Of a stretch of DNA of 45,572 bases, positions 26,789 through 36,365 are shown one piece after another. The DNA is from Pseudoxanthomonas sp. Its GTDB lineage: Bacteria; Pseudomonadota; Gammaproteobacteria; Xanthomonadales; Xanthomonadaceae. The notes below the pieces were generated by a model. That model made no database searches. It was given only the letters and a program-made list of their open reading frames with translations, and was not told where the DNA came from. The DNA is taken from positions 1 to 45,572 of the forward strand of contig JANNWF010000302.1 in assembly GCA_031408455.1 (NCBI GenBank), in the 5' to 3' direction. The translations under genes and the position numbers were made by a program. The first letter of the stretch is position 1. Every line of letters begins with the position of its first letter.

Positions 26789-27910
26789 TCAATCGACGTC
26801 TTGCTCGGCCTCGGCTCGCTGCATGTAGTAGGCCATTTCCGAGACCCGGTGCCAGGCCATGGCTTGGATCTGGAACGCGCGGTAGGATTCATACACGCGC
26901 TTGGCAAACGGATCGCGTGCGGCGATTTCTTCCACCACGGCACGACTCGCCTCGCGCAGCGCGTCCAGGACTGCTTTGGGCAGCGGCCGAAAATCGACTT
27001 TGTGTTCGTTGATCAGTTGTTCGAGCGCCTGCTGATTGCGCGCGGTGTACTCGGCCAGCATGGCGTCGTTGGTGGCGCGACAGCAGGTCTCGATGATGGA
27101 TTTGAGATCGTCCGGCAGCGCATCAAACGCGGTCTTGTTGACCATGCATTCCAGCGTCGGGCCAGGCTCATGCCAGCCGGGGTAATAGCAATACTTGGCC
27201 ACTCGATGCAGGCCGAAAGCCAAGTCGTTGTAGGGGCCAACCCACTCGGTGGCATCCAAGGTGCCGTTTTGCAGGGCGGTAAACAACTCGCCGCCGGGCA
27301 GATTGACCGGAGTGCCGCCGACGCGCGCGAGCACGTCGCCACCCAGACCGGGAATGCGCATTTTCAGGCCGGCGAAATCTTCGATGGCATTGATTTCACG
27401 GTTGAACCAGCCCGCCGTCTGCACCCCGGTATTACCAGCAGGAAACGGCACCAGATTGAATTGTTCGTACAGCTCGCGCCACAGATCGAGGCCGCCGCCG
27501 CTGTACAGCCAGCCGTTCATTTCCTGCGCATTCATGCCGAACGGAATGGCACAGAAAAACGGTGCGGCTTCGGCCTTGCCCTTCCAATAATACGAACCCG
27601 AATGGCCAAGCTCGGCGGTGCCGCGGCTGACCGCATCGAACACTTCAAACGGCGGCACCAGCTCGCCGCCGGCATACACCTTGATCACGATGCGACCGCC
27701 GCTGGCGCGGGTGATGAGCGCCGCCAGTTGCGCCGCGCCACTGCCAAGTCCAGGGAAATTGGTGGGCCACGTAGTGACCATTTTCCAGTGGCGGACGTCG
27801 GTGTCGCTGGTGCCCTCGGCACACGCCTCCGCCGGATCACGGCTGCAGGCGGCTAGTCCGCCAGCCAAAGCGGCAAGGCCAGCACCACCAAGCAGATCAC
27901 GTCGCTTCAT
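26789..27910 (-). CDS. dctP: TRAP transporter substrate-binding protein (DctP family) with Tat-type signal
   Basis: MKRRDLLGGAGLAALAGGLAAC is a twin-arginine/lipobox-like leader. A DctP-like body follows (WPTNFPGLG..., YYWKGK, PGWHEPG). Confidence 0.88.
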   Translation of the reverse strand: MKRRDLLGGAGLAALAGGLAACSRDPAEACAEGTSDTDVRHWKMVTTWPTNFPGLGSGAAQLAALITRASGGRIVIKVYAGGELVPPFEVFDAVSRGTAELGHSGSYYWKGKAEAAPFFCAIPFGMNAQEMNGWLYSGGGLDLWRELYEQFNLVPFPAGNTGVQTAGWFNREINAIEDFAGLKMRIPGLGGDVLARVGGTPVNLPGGELFTALQNGTLDATEWVGPYNDLAFGLHRVAKYCYYPGWHEPGPTLECMVNKTAFDALPDDLKSIIETCCRATNDAMLAEYTARNQQALEQLINEHKVDFRPLPKAVLDALREASRAVVEEIAARDPFAKRVYESYRAFQIQAMAWHRVSEMAYYMQRAEAEQDVD

Positions 27911-28157
27911 GCTGTCGCTCCTCCCAGAGTGAGGGCGAAGTGTAGGTCACATGCGGCGTGCGTCCACGGGCGAGAGATCTCGTCACTTCCACTTCACTAC
28001 TCGCACGGATGGCTGAACGTCTGTGCGGAAAACCGCTGAAAACTCACGCCAAGCTGAATGCCCGATGTTTTGGCCGACCAGCGGCACGCTGAGCGTGAAG
28101 GCCAGTGCTAGCATAAAAAATCACATTCTCATGCCACGGCGGCAAAGGTTCCAAGCC

Positions 28158-30209
28158 ATGAAAACCCATCTAGGCCATTACGAGATCGTCGAAGAATTGG
28201 GCCGCGGTGGCATGGGCGTCGTCTACAAAGGCTACGAGCCAGCGCTCGGTCGCTACGTGGCGATCAAGGAGCTCTCGCCCGCCTTGGCGCACGACGCCAA
28301 CTTGGTTGAGCGCTTCCTGCGTGAAGCACGCTCGATGGCGGTCCTGAACGACCCGCACATCATCCAGGTCTATTTCATCGGCACCGACGAGGCCACTGGC
28401 CAACCGTTCTTTGCGATGGAGTTTGTCGAAGGCGATTCGTTGTCGGGCCTGCTCAAACGCGAAGGCAAGTTGAGCGTGGAGAACGCGCTCAAGATCATGC
28501 ACCAGACCGCGCTTGGTCTCGCCACGGCGCATGACAAGGGCGTGATTCACCGCGACATCAAGCCCGGCAACTTGATGCTGACGCCGCGCGGCAATGTCAA
28601 GATCGCCGACTTCGGTATCGCCTTGGCTACTCAGGATTTTTCCAAGAAGCTGACCTCCACCGGCGAGTTTGTCGGTACGCCGGGATACCTGTCGCCTGAG
28701 ATTTGCATCGGCAAGACGGTCGACCAGCGTTCGGACATTTTCTCGCTGGGTGTGGTGCTATTTGAAATGCTGACCGGCCGCGTGCCGTTCATGGAAGAGA
28801 GCCCGCTGGGCTTGATGCTGGAAGTGGTGAAAGCCGAGTTCCCGGACATCCGCCAACTCAATGGTGAGGTCGATCTGCAGGCCGCGGAGATCCTCGCCAA
28901 CATGGTGGCCAAAGATCCGGCCGACCGCTATCAGGATTGCCACGCCTTGGCCGAGGCGCTGCAAGCGCATCCGCTGGTGTTGCGTGGCGGCACGATCAAA
29001 TTCAATCTGCCCAAGGCACCGGTGAGTAGTGCCACGGTGATCGGCGTGCCAACGCCGGCCTCACAGAAGCAACGCGTGGCGACGGCACCGCCGGTAGTTG
29101 CGCGCTCAACTACCGGAGCGGCTCAGCCGGCACAACAATCCGCGACGGCAGCCAGTGCCGTCGCATCCATGCCGCCTCCGCAGGCCGCGCCACCGCAAGC
29201 CTCGCCGCCGCCGCGTGCGTCGGCGCTTGAGCGCAGTCGTCAGCCGGGCAATGGCTCAAAAGTGGCGCTGGCAATTGCTGCCGCCTTGGTCCTGCTAGTA
29301 GGCGGTGTCGCGTTCGCGATGAAGTCGACCCTGCTCGACTACGCCCGCGGCGTTAAAGACGGTTTGACCGGCAATACCAGTGCCTATGCCGATGGTGTTG
29401 CCACCGGTAAGGCGAGCAATCCGATTGGCGTCAGCCAAGCGGCGACGAGCAACACGCAACTGGATCCGGCCGTCGCAACGTTGAGCACGAGCACAGCGGC
29501 AGCCGGCGATCCAGCGACCGTAGCGGTCGATCCGATGGCCAACGCAACCGCCGCTGTCGAAACCAATGCGACGACTGGAACTGCTGGATCCGTCGCTCTT
29601 TCGGTCGAGCAGGCGGAAGTCGCCACGCAAGCCGCTGTCGATGCCACGCAGACCGCCGCAACTCCCGTTGCCAGCAACGAGCGCCCCATTGCCTCGGCAG
29701 TCATGCAAAAAGTCGCCGAGCGCCGGCAGAACCTCGCGACCGCCGAACCGGTTCGTCCCGCTGTGATCGCGCCGCCACGCATCGCCGTGATCGCCCTGGG
29801 CGATCTGGCTCTGGTTGGTCCAGCACGGCAGCGCGTAGAAGAGCGCTTGATGGATGCTGGTTTTGATGTCGTCGACACCGAACTCATCGCCGGCGTTAGT
29901 GGCCGCAGTGATCTGCCGGGCATTTTCCAAGCCCTGCGTCGCGAGGCATCGGTCGTCGTGGTGATTCGTGCCGAGGGCGTGGGTTCTGAGCAGCTGCAGT
30001 ACTACGGTCAGAGTTCGACTCTGTACACCGCCAACCTGACCGTGCGCAGCTACGTGATCGCCGACAAGCGTCCGTTGGGTTCGGGCTTCCGCGAAAGCGT
30101 CAAGTTCACTTCGTTGAATGCCGACAGCAAAGCCGAAGAAGCGGTGCGGCCGCACTTGAGCGGCATCGTCAACGAGTTGTCGCCGTATCGGCGCCGCGGC
30201 GCGGGTTGA
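28158..30209 (+). CDS. Membrane-anchored Hanks-type Ser/Thr protein kinase with Ala/Pro-rich linker and unassigned extracytoplasmic C-terminal domain
   Basis: Kinase motifs are GRGGMGVVYKG, VAIKEL, HRDIKPGNLM, DFG and GTPGYLSPE. There is one TM segment (VALAIAAALVLLVGGVAFAM). I prefer the ATG at 28158, which gives MKTHLGHYEIVEEL. Confidence 0.9.
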   Translation: MKTHLGHYEIVEELGRGGMGVVYKGYEPALGRYVAIKELSPALAHDANLVERFLREARSMAVLNDPHIIQVYFIGTDEATGQPFFAMEFVEGDSLSGLLKREGKLSVENALKIMHQTALGLATAHDKGVIHRDIKPGNLMLTPRGNVKIADFGIALATQDFSKKLTSTGEFVGTPGYLSPEICIGKTVDQRSDIFSLGVVLFEMLTGRVPFMEESPLGLMLEVVKAEFPDIRQLNGEVDLQAAEILANMVAKDPADRYQDCHALAEALQAHPLVLRGGTIKFNLPKAPVSSATVIGVPTPASQKQRVATAPPVVARSTTGAAQPAQQSATAASAVASMPPPQAAPPQASPPPRASALERSRQPGNGSKVALAIAAALVLLVGGVAFAMKSTLLDYARGVKDGLTGNTSAYADGVATGKASNPIGVSQAATSNTQLDPAVATLSTSTAAAGDPATVAVDPMANATAAVETNATTGTAGSVALSVEQAEVATQAAVDATQTAATPVASNERPIASAVMQKVAERRQNLATAEPVRPAVIAPPRIAVIALGDLALVGPARQRVEERLMDAGFDVVDTELIAGVSGRSDLPGIFQALRREASVVVVIRAEGVGSEQLQYYGQSSTLYTANLTVRSYVIADKRPLGSGFRESVKFTSLNADSKAEEAVRPHLSGIVNELSPYRRRGAG

Positions 30210-30390
30210 GGCGAGCGCCAAACGGGTTGGCACACCCCTGAAGTCTATGACTTTGCCGCCTTCGCTCAGGCGGAGACTTACGACGAGGGCTGCTTGGCAG
30301 CGCTTCTACGGGTCTTGTGATCGCTGACCTTCGCGCGCCTGCCTTCGCGGGGTACTCTGCGAGCATGCAGCGCACAGGAGTGCTTGGTCT

Positions 30391-30630
30391 TTGAATAGTC
30401 TCTTGCAGCGAATCACGACGGATCCCGCGATTTTTGCGGGCAAGCCGATCATTCGCGGACATCGCTTGGCTGTCGAGCATGTGCTTGGCCTGCTGGCGGC
30501 CGGCGATGCGGTGGAAGATCTTCTCACCGCTTACGCATGGCTGGAGCGAGAAGACGTGCTGGCCTGCATTGCCTTTGCTCAAGCCTATCTGGGTCATGAG
30601 CGCATCGAATTTCCGCAACGGGCGGCGTGA
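30391..30630 (+). CDS. DUF433 domain protein (putative antitoxin)
   Basis: ITTDPAIFAGKPIIRGHRLAVEHVLGLLAAG is the DUF433 core. The TTG start has AGGAG 10 nt upstream. Its stop overlaps the next start as GTGA. Confidence 0.8.
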   Translation: MNSLLQRITTDPAIFAGKPIIRGHRLAVEHVLGLLAAGDAVEDLLTAYAWLEREDVLACIAFAQAYLGHERIEFPQRAA

Positions 30631-30995
30631 AGTTTCTGGTTGATAGCTGTGTTTCGGTGCGGATTTGCCAAGCGCTGCAGGCAGCGGGGCTTGATGCCGA
30701 ATGGGTTGGAAACTGGCCGCTTGATCCCGGCGACGCGACTATCCTTGCGCACGCAGTGATGACTGGTTCGATCGTGGTCACCTTGGATTCTGACTTCGGC
30801 GCGCTTGCCGTTGCCTTTGGTCATCCCCATCGCGGAATCGTGCGACTGGTCGGCATTTCGGCAGGCGTGCAGCCCGGCAGGCATCTTGGATGCGATTCAT
30901 CGCTACGGCGCGGATCTCACTGTCGGGGCGATCGTCACCATCGAACCGGAACGCGTGCGAATCCGCCCACGGGACGATGCTGCGAGATAGTTTGA
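30627..30995 (+). CDS. DUF5615/Mut7-C PIN-like protein (putative toxin), probably frameshifted in the C-terminal third
   Basis: MKFLVDSCVS...ILAHAVMTGSIVVTLDSDFG...HPHRGIVRL fits the family. The expected tail AGILDAIHRYGADLTVGAIVTIEPERVRIRP is in another frame (track ORF 30805..30990). Confidence 0.7.
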   Translation: MKFLVDSCVSVRICQALQAAGLDAEWVGNWPLDPGDATILAHAVMTGSIVVTLDSDFGALAVAFGHPHRGIVRLVGISAGVQPGRHLGCDSSLRRGSHCRGDRHHRTGTRANPPTGRCCEIV

Positions 30996-31140
30996 ACGCC
31001 CGTCCTGCGGACTCTCAACCTTCGCAATTGCTCCCAACCGGCCGCCCGTGAGAGCTAAGGCCTATCGGCACCTTCGCGGCTTCCGCGGTTCGGTTGTGTT
31101 GCAGCAACGCCTTCGCTGCGCTCGGTCCCACGTCACTTGA

Positions 31141-33321
31141 CTACGATGTGCCTCTCACCACTTCCAACCGCGCATACGCCAACACCAACCACTTCGCGCC
31201 GGCCTCCGGAAACTTCACTTGTACCCGCGCGTGGGCGCCGCTGCCTTCGAGGTCAACGACTACGCCTTCGCCGAAGTTCATGTGGCGGACGCGGGTGCCG
31301 CTGCGCAGGCCGTGCGGTGCTTCTTCGAGTTCGACGCGCGGGCTGCGTTGCGTGGAGTAGGACGAAGGTCGTGACGTGTGCACTCGCGGTCGCACTTCGC
31401 GGATCAAGTGGGAAGGAATCTCGGCCAGAAAGCGCGATGGCCTGCCGCTCAAATCCATGCCATGCAGCCGCCGAGTTTCTGCATAGCTGACGATCAACAA
31501 TTCGCGCGCGCGGGTGATGCCGACATAGGCAAGACGGCGTTCCTCTTCCAGGCGGCCGGATTCATCCAGCGAACGTTGGCTGGGGAACAGGCCCTCCTCG
31601 ACGCCGACCATGCACACCAGCGGAAACTCCAGCCCCTTGGCCGAGTGCAGGCTCATCAATTGCACGCAGTCTTCCCAAGCCTCGCTTTGGCCTTCGCCGG
31701 CTTCCAGCGAGGCGTAGGCGAGGAATGCCACCAACTCGGGCAGGTCTTCCTCCGATTCGGCCTGTACGAAGCGGCTAGCTACCGTCACCAATTCGTCGAG
31801 GTTGTCGGTGCGTGCCTCCAGCGTGCCGCGTGATTCCGCTGCGTAGTAGGCGTGCAGTCCCGAGGCTTGCAGCACCTGATCGATCTGTTCGGCGAGTTCG
31901 AGATTGCGCGTGCTGTTTGCCAGCTTTTCGATCAGCTCAAGAAAGCCTCGCAACGCGTTGCGCGCGCGTGCAGGCAACTCGCCAGCGGTCAGTTCCAGCA
32001 AGGCGCCATGCCACAGCGTGGTCCCTTCTTGTTTGGCACGCAGCCGCAGCGCCTCCAGGGTGCGCTCGCCGATTCCGCGCGTAGGTGTATTGACCACGCG
32101 CTCGAAGGCGGCGTCATCATCGCGATTGGTGAGCAGACGCAGATAGGCGAGGGTGTCCTTGATCTCGGCGCGCTCAAAGAAGCGCAGACCGCCATACACG
32201 CGATAGGGCAGGCTGACCTGGATCAGCGCGTCTTCAAAATTGCGCGACTGCGCGTTGGAGCGATACAGCAGCGCGCAGTCTTGCGCGCGGCCACCGGCTG
32301 CGATCCATTGTTGGACCCGTTCGATCACGTAACGCGCCTCATCGATTTCGTTGTAGGCGGCGTACAGCTCGATCTGCGCACCAGCCTCGCCATCGGTCCA
32401 CAGCTGCTTGCCGAGTCGGCCCGGATTGTTGGCGATCAGGGCGTTGGCGGCGGCGAGGATGTTGGCGGTGGAGCGATAGTTCTGCTCCAGCTTGAGTGTG
32501 TGTGCCGTGGGAAAATCGTGCAGGAAATGCTGCACGTGTTCGACCTTCGCACCGCGCCAGCCATAGATCGCTTGATCGTCATCGCCGACCGCAAACAGTT
32601 CACCGGTCTTGCCCACCAACAGACGCAGAAATCCGTACTGGACAGCGTTGGTGTCCTGGAATTCATCCACCAACAGTTGCCCGAAGCGCTGCTGGTAATG
32701 CAACAGCAACGCCGGTTGCGCGAGCAGCAATTCGTGGCAACGCAACAGCAGTTCGGCAAAGTCGACCAAGCCGGCGCGCTGACAGGCCGCCTCGTAGGCC
32801 ACATAGATGTCGCGCATCGTGTTGCCGGTGGGGTCCTGCGGTTGCAGATGACCGGGCCGCTTGCCCTCATCCTTGCAGTGGTTGATGAACCAAGCGGCTT
32901 GTCGCGGCGGAAACTGTTTGTCGTCGAGGCTAAGTTCCTTGATCTGCCGCCGCAACAGGCGAATCTGATCGTCGGAATCAATCACCTGAAAACTCTGCGG
33001 CAACCGCGCGTCTTGCCAATGCAGGCGCAACAACCGATGCGCGATGCCATGGAAGGTGCCGATCCACATGCCACGACTGCCCTGTTGGACCAGGCTCGAT
33101 GCCCGGTGGCGCATTTCCCCAGCGGCCTTGTTGGTGAAGGTCACCGCCAGAATGCCGTGCGCCGGAACCTGCTCGACTTCGATCAACCACGCGATGCGAT
33201 GCACCAGCACCCGCGTCTTGCCCGAGCCCGCGCCGGCCAGTACCAGATAGTGTCCACGCGCCGCTGAAACCGCCGCTCGCTGGTCGGGGTTCAGATCATC
33301 AAGAAGGTGGGAGACATCCAT
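31141..33321 (-). CDS. uvrD: DNA helicase II
   Basis: 726 aa. MDVSHLLDDLNPDQRAAVSA...LVLAGAGSGKTRVLVHRIAWL...AVTFTNKAAGEMRHR is near-collinear with E. coli UvrD. Confidence 0.96.
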   Translation of the reverse strand: MDVSHLLDDLNPDQRAAVSAARGHYLVLAGAGSGKTRVLVHRIAWLIEVEQVPAHGILAVTFTNKAAGEMRHRASSLVQQGSRGMWIGTFHGIAHRLLRLHWQDARLPQSFQVIDSDDQIRLLRRQIKELSLDDKQFPPRQAAWFINHCKDEGKRPGHLQPQDPTGNTMRDIYVAYEAACQRAGLVDFAELLLRCHELLLAQPALLLHYQQRFGQLLVDEFQDTNAVQYGFLRLLVGKTGELFAVGDDDQAIYGWRGAKVEHVQHFLHDFPTAHTLKLEQNYRSTANILAAANALIANNPGRLGKQLWTDGEAGAQIELYAAYNEIDEARYVIERVQQWIAAGGRAQDCALLYRSNAQSRNFEDALIQVSLPYRVYGGLRFFERAEIKDTLAYLRLLTNRDDDAAFERVVNTPTRGIGERTLEALRLRAKQEGTTLWHGALLELTAGELPARARNALRGFLELIEKLANSTRNLELAEQIDQVLQASGLHAYYAAESRGTLEARTDNLDELVTVASRFVQAESEEDLPELVAFLAYASLEAGEGQSEAWEDCVQLMSLHSAKGLEFPLVCMVGVEEGLFPSQRSLDESGRLEEERRLAYVGITRARELLIVSYAETRRLHGMDLSGRPSRFLAEIPSHLIREVRPRVHTSRPSSYSTQRSPRVELEEAPHGLRSGTRVRHMNFGEGVVVDLEGSGAHARVQVKFPEAGAKWLVLAYARLEVVRGTS

Positions 33322-33352
33322 GCGGTCGCGTGGCCAGTCGGGTCAGCCATCC

Positions 33353-34462
33353 TCAACCAAGTCTTACACCCGGCAAGCTCAGTACGTAATCTGCCCCCAT
33401 CAACATCGATGGCGTGTAGTAACCACCCTGCGCGGGTGGATCCCGCAGTAGGCGTTCAACGATTCCGAGCGAGGCGGTCACGGTCAGTGCGTAGCCGTTC
33501 GGGGTGCGCAGACGGCGGCGCAGGGTGTGGCCTTCGGCGTCAGAGGCTTCGCCCCACACCACGCAGCCGGTTTTGGCGCGGGTGCTCTCGGAGGGGCCGA
33601 GGATCTTCTTTGCCACTCCGCGTTTGAGCAGGGCTTGTACTGGTGCCATCCCGAGCAGCGGCGAAAACCAGCGCAATCGCCGCAGGTTCTTGACCGTTGC
33701 CGGCGACACGCACATGAAGACTTCGATGTTGGGAATGCCGGTACTCACGAAGGCGGTGTAAACATCGCCCCAGGGAATGGTCATCGCCATGCGCTGCTCG
33801 CCGTCGCGCTCGAAGAAACGCACCTTCCACGCCAGCGGCACTTTTTTCAGCACGCCACCGATGCGGGCGCGGCCGCCTGCGCCGAGGCCTTCCACCGAGG
33901 TCTTGGCAGTGCCAGGACTGGGGCCACCGCCGGCCTCGAAGGCCAGCACCAATGAGGTCGCTTCGGGCATCTCCCGCTTGAGTTGGGCCGCCATGCAGTC
34001 GGTGGGGACAACATCAAACCCCGCACCGGGCATGACCACGATGCCCGCATCCAATGCGCGCTGATGACGGCGATGGGCGAGCGCGAACACGTCGATCTCG
34101 CCAGTGATATCCAGATAATGCGTGCGGTTGGCCAGACAGGCTTCCAACATCGGCTTGGCGGTGGCCGAGAAGGGGCCAGCGCAGTGCAACACAGTCCCCA
34201 TACCGAGCAAACCGGCGGCACTCGCGGCCGCGTCGGTTAGATCGAAAATTCGATGCTCCAGACCCAGCTCGGAAGCGAGCGCCGCGACCGGCAGCTCATT
34301 TCTACCAGCAAGCACCGGCTGCATGCCGCGCGCCACGGCCTCGCGGGCGGCCATCGCACCCGTGTAACCATTGGCACCGTAGATCATCCATGGCTTGCTC
34401 GCTTCGACGCTGGTCTCGATGCTGGGGGCAGCCGCGGGTGCCGCCTTGCGACGCGGACTCAT
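33353..34462 (-). CDS. Saccharopine dehydrogenase-like NAD(P)-binding protein
   Basis: WMIYGANGYTGAMAAREAVARG is the Rossmann motif. The ATG at 34462 overlaps the upstream SDR stop (ATGA). Confidence 0.75.
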   Translation of the reverse strand: MSPRRKAAPAAAPSIETSVEASKPWMIYGANGYTGAMAAREAVARGMQPVLAGRNELPVAALASELGLEHRIFDLTDAAASAAGLLGMGTVLHCAGPFSATAKPMLEACLANRTHYLDITGEIDVFALAHRRHQRALDAGIVVMPGAGFDVVPTDCMAAQLKREMPEATSLVLAFEAGGGPSPGTAKTSVEGLGAGGRARIGGVLKKVPLAWKVRFFERDGEQRMAMTIPWGDVYTAFVSTGIPNIEVFMCVSPATVKNLRRLRWFSPLLGMAPVQALLKRGVAKKILGPSESTRAKTGCVVWGEASDAEGHTLRRRLRTPNGYALTVTASLGIVERLLRDPPAQGGYYTPSMLMGADYVLSLPGVRLG

Positions 34463-35262
34463 GCGCTTGCCCTCGCGATTTCGCGTGGCACCAGCTTCAA
34501 AATTTGTTTGAAGTAGAAATTCGGAAACCACCGCTTGAGCCGCCAGCGCATCGGCTCGCGCTTGGTCGGCAGGATCAGAAACTCACCGCGCGCGGCGGCC
34601 GCAAACACGCTGTCGGCGACGCTATCCAAGGTGTCGGGTGAGGTGTCCATCAGCCGCAGAGCCAACTTCTTGACCTGCTCGCTGCCGATCGCGGTATCGA
34701 TCAGATTGGTGCGGAAAAAGCTGGGGCAGATGACCCCAACCTTGATGCCCTGCGCATGCACTTCCGCGCGAAGCTGCTCCGACAGCGCGACCACGGCAGC
34801 CTTGGCCACGCCGTAGGTCATCATGCCCGGGGCACCCGCCAAGCCAGCAAAACTGGCCGTGCTGAGAATCTGCCCACTGCCTTGCCGCTGCATGCCGGGA
34901 AGAAACAGCCGACAACCGCGCACCACGCTGAGCAAGTCGACTTCGATCAGCTGTCGCCATTCGGCCATGGTGGTTTCCACCATCGATCCGCCCGAGGCGA
35001 TACCGGCGTTGTTGATGAGCACATCGACGCCACCCCACTGCGCCTGCACATCGGCGAACAGCGCTTCCATTGCTGGGTCGCTGCCCACGTCTGCGGCTAG
35101 CGCCAGATGTCCTATGCCCGGAAGTGTCTTGCTGGTCACTTCCGCACGCTCGACGCTCAAATCCACACAGGCGACACGGTCGCCGGCCTTGGCGTAACGC
35201 ATCGCCAGCGCCTGTCCCAAACCGCTACCGGCACCGGTGATCAACACTCTGCGAGGGGTCAT
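34459..35262 (-). CDS. SDR family NAD(P)-dependent oxidoreductase
   Basis: VLITGAGSGLGQALA, NNAG and YGVAKAAV (YxxxK) are present. The start at 35262 (MTPRRVLITG) is preferred; 35274 and 35322 are alternatives. Confidence 0.85.
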   Translation of the reverse strand: MTPRRVLITGAGSGLGQALAMRYAKAGDRVACVDLSVERAEVTSKTLPGIGHLALAADVGSDPAMEALFADVQAQWGGVDVLINNAGIASGGSMVETTMAEWRQLIEVDLLSVVRGCRLFLPGMQRQGSGQILSTASFAGLAGAPGMMTYGVAKAAVVALSEQLRAEVHAQGIKVGVICPSFFRTNLIDTAIGSEQVKKLALRLMDTSPDTLDSVADSVFAAAARGEFLILPTKREPMRWRLKRWFPNFYFKQILKLVPREIARASA

Positions 35263-35321
35263 GAAGGCGTCCATCTGCGTGATAGTCTCGCCGGAGAATA
35301 CCAGTCCGTATGGAGTGCTCA

Positions 35322-36095
35322 ATGCTAGAACCTGCTCAATCCCTGCTCGATCTCTCCGGCAAGATCGCGCTCGTCAGCGGTGCCTCGCGCGGCATTGGCG
35401 AGGCGATTGCCAAACTGTTGGCGGCGCAAGGCGCGCATATCGTCTGCAGCAGCCGCAAAGTCGAAAGCTGCGAGGCCGTCGCCCAAGCGATTCGCGACGC
35501 TGGCGGCAGCGCCGAAGCGCGCGCCATGCATGTGGGCGATGCGGCCAGCATCGAGGCTTTGTTCGACGCGCTGGACGCAGACGGTCGCGCACCCGACCTG
35601 CTGGTCAACAACGCGGCCGCCAATCCCTACTTTGGCCCGGCCTTGGCAATGGATTTGGCGGCGTTCGACAAAACCGTCGAGGTCAATTTACGCGGCTATT
35701 TCTGGAGCACGGTGCAAGCCGCCAAGCGCATGCAGGCCAAGGGCGGTGGCGCCATCGTCAACATCGCCTCGGTCAATGCGCAGCGCGCTGCACCGGGTCA
35801 GCTGGTGTACTCGATGACCAAGGCCGGCATCGTCAACATGACGGAAGGTTTCGCCAAGGAACTGGCCGCTGCGAATATTCGTGTGAATGCGGTGCTGCCC
35901 GGACTGACTGAAACCAAGTTCGCCTCGGCGCTGACCGGCAACCCGAAGATTCTCGACATGATGCTGCGGCTGATTCCGCTGGCCCGCGTCGCCCAGCCTA
36001 ACGAGATTGCACCATTGGTCGGCTTCCTATTGTCTCCGGCGGCCAGCTACATCACCGGCGGCGCGTTTGCTGTTGATGGCGGGTATTTGTCGTAA
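35322..36095 (+). CDS. SDR family oxidoreductase (FabG-like)
   Basis: [19 protein letters not shown] and YSMTKAGIV are present. The ATG at 35322 has GGAG 5 nt upstream. Confidence 0.85.
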   Translation: MLEPAQSLLDLSGKIALVSGASRGIGEAIAKLLAAQGAHIVCSSRKVESCEAVAQAIRDAGGSAEARAMHVGDAASIEALFDALDADGRAPDLLVNNAAANPYFGPALAMDLAAFDKTVEVNLRGYFWSTVQAAKRMQAKGGGAIVNIASVNAQRAAPGQLVYSMTKAGIVNMTEGFAKELAAANIRVNAVLPGLTETKFASALTGNPKILDMMLRLIPLARVAQPNEIAPLVGFLLSPAASYITGGAFAVDGGYLS

Positions 36096-36105
36096 CTTGA
36101 GATTC

Positions 36106-36161
36106 GGGACTTGGGACTTGGGACTTGGGACTCGGGACTCGGGACTCGGGACTCGGGACTC
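36106..36161 (+). repeat. Tandem heptamer array, GGGACTT x3 then GGGACTC x5
   Basis: Counted directly: eight contiguous 7-nt units, starting 11 nt after the SDR stop (36093-36095). Three degenerate units (gggaatt gggactt gggattc) recur at 36290-36310. Confidence 0.95.
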
Positions 36162-36182
36162 GCCGTCGGCAACCAATCGCTC

Positions 36183-36281
36183 GTCATCCCGGCGAACGCC
36201 GGGATCCACGGCCGCCCTATTGCTTGATGCATCTGCGAAAGGTGCGGCCGAATAGTGGATTCCGGCGTTCGCCGGAATGAC
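36183..36281. repeat. Inverted pair of CCGGAAT-family palindromic units
   Basis: gtcatcccggcgaacgccgggatccac (36183-36209) faces gtggattccggcgttcgccggaatgac (36255-36281). Confidence 0.88.
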
Positions 36282-36365
36282 GGTGGTTGGGGAATTGGGA
36301 CTTGGGATTCGAAAATCTGAACCGAGAGCGTGGAACGCGGAATCAGATTTAACTGCGAGGCGGCC

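Noticed and set aside
31852-33267. A 471-aa ORF on the plus strand.
   Set aside because: It is entirely antisense to the near-canonical uvrD gene and its translation is low-complexity and Arg/Gln-rich. This is a typical shadow ORF of high-GC DNA. The same reasoning applies to 26612..27856 (antisense to dctP), 9023..9952 and 10032..10889 (antisense to the GGDEF-EAL gene), 18720..19490 and 19518..20261 (antisense to polA), 15935..16729 and 17072..17839 (antisense to the cNMP fusion gene), and 2065..2778 and 2633..3277 (antisense to the ATP-grasp gene).
28158-33321. The kinase, the DUF433/PIN-like pair and the UvrD helicase considered together as a defence island.
   Set aside because: The helicase is collinear with housekeeping E. 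coli UvrD in length and motifs, and is followed on the same strand by metabolic dehydrogenase genes. No nuclease, ATPase or other defence hallmark accompanies the kinase. Adjacency alone is not evidence.
36106-36161. The heptamer tandem arrays as a possible CRISPR array.
   Set aside because: The units are 7 nt long and contiguous with no spacers, and there are no cas genes. These are microsatellite-type arrays.
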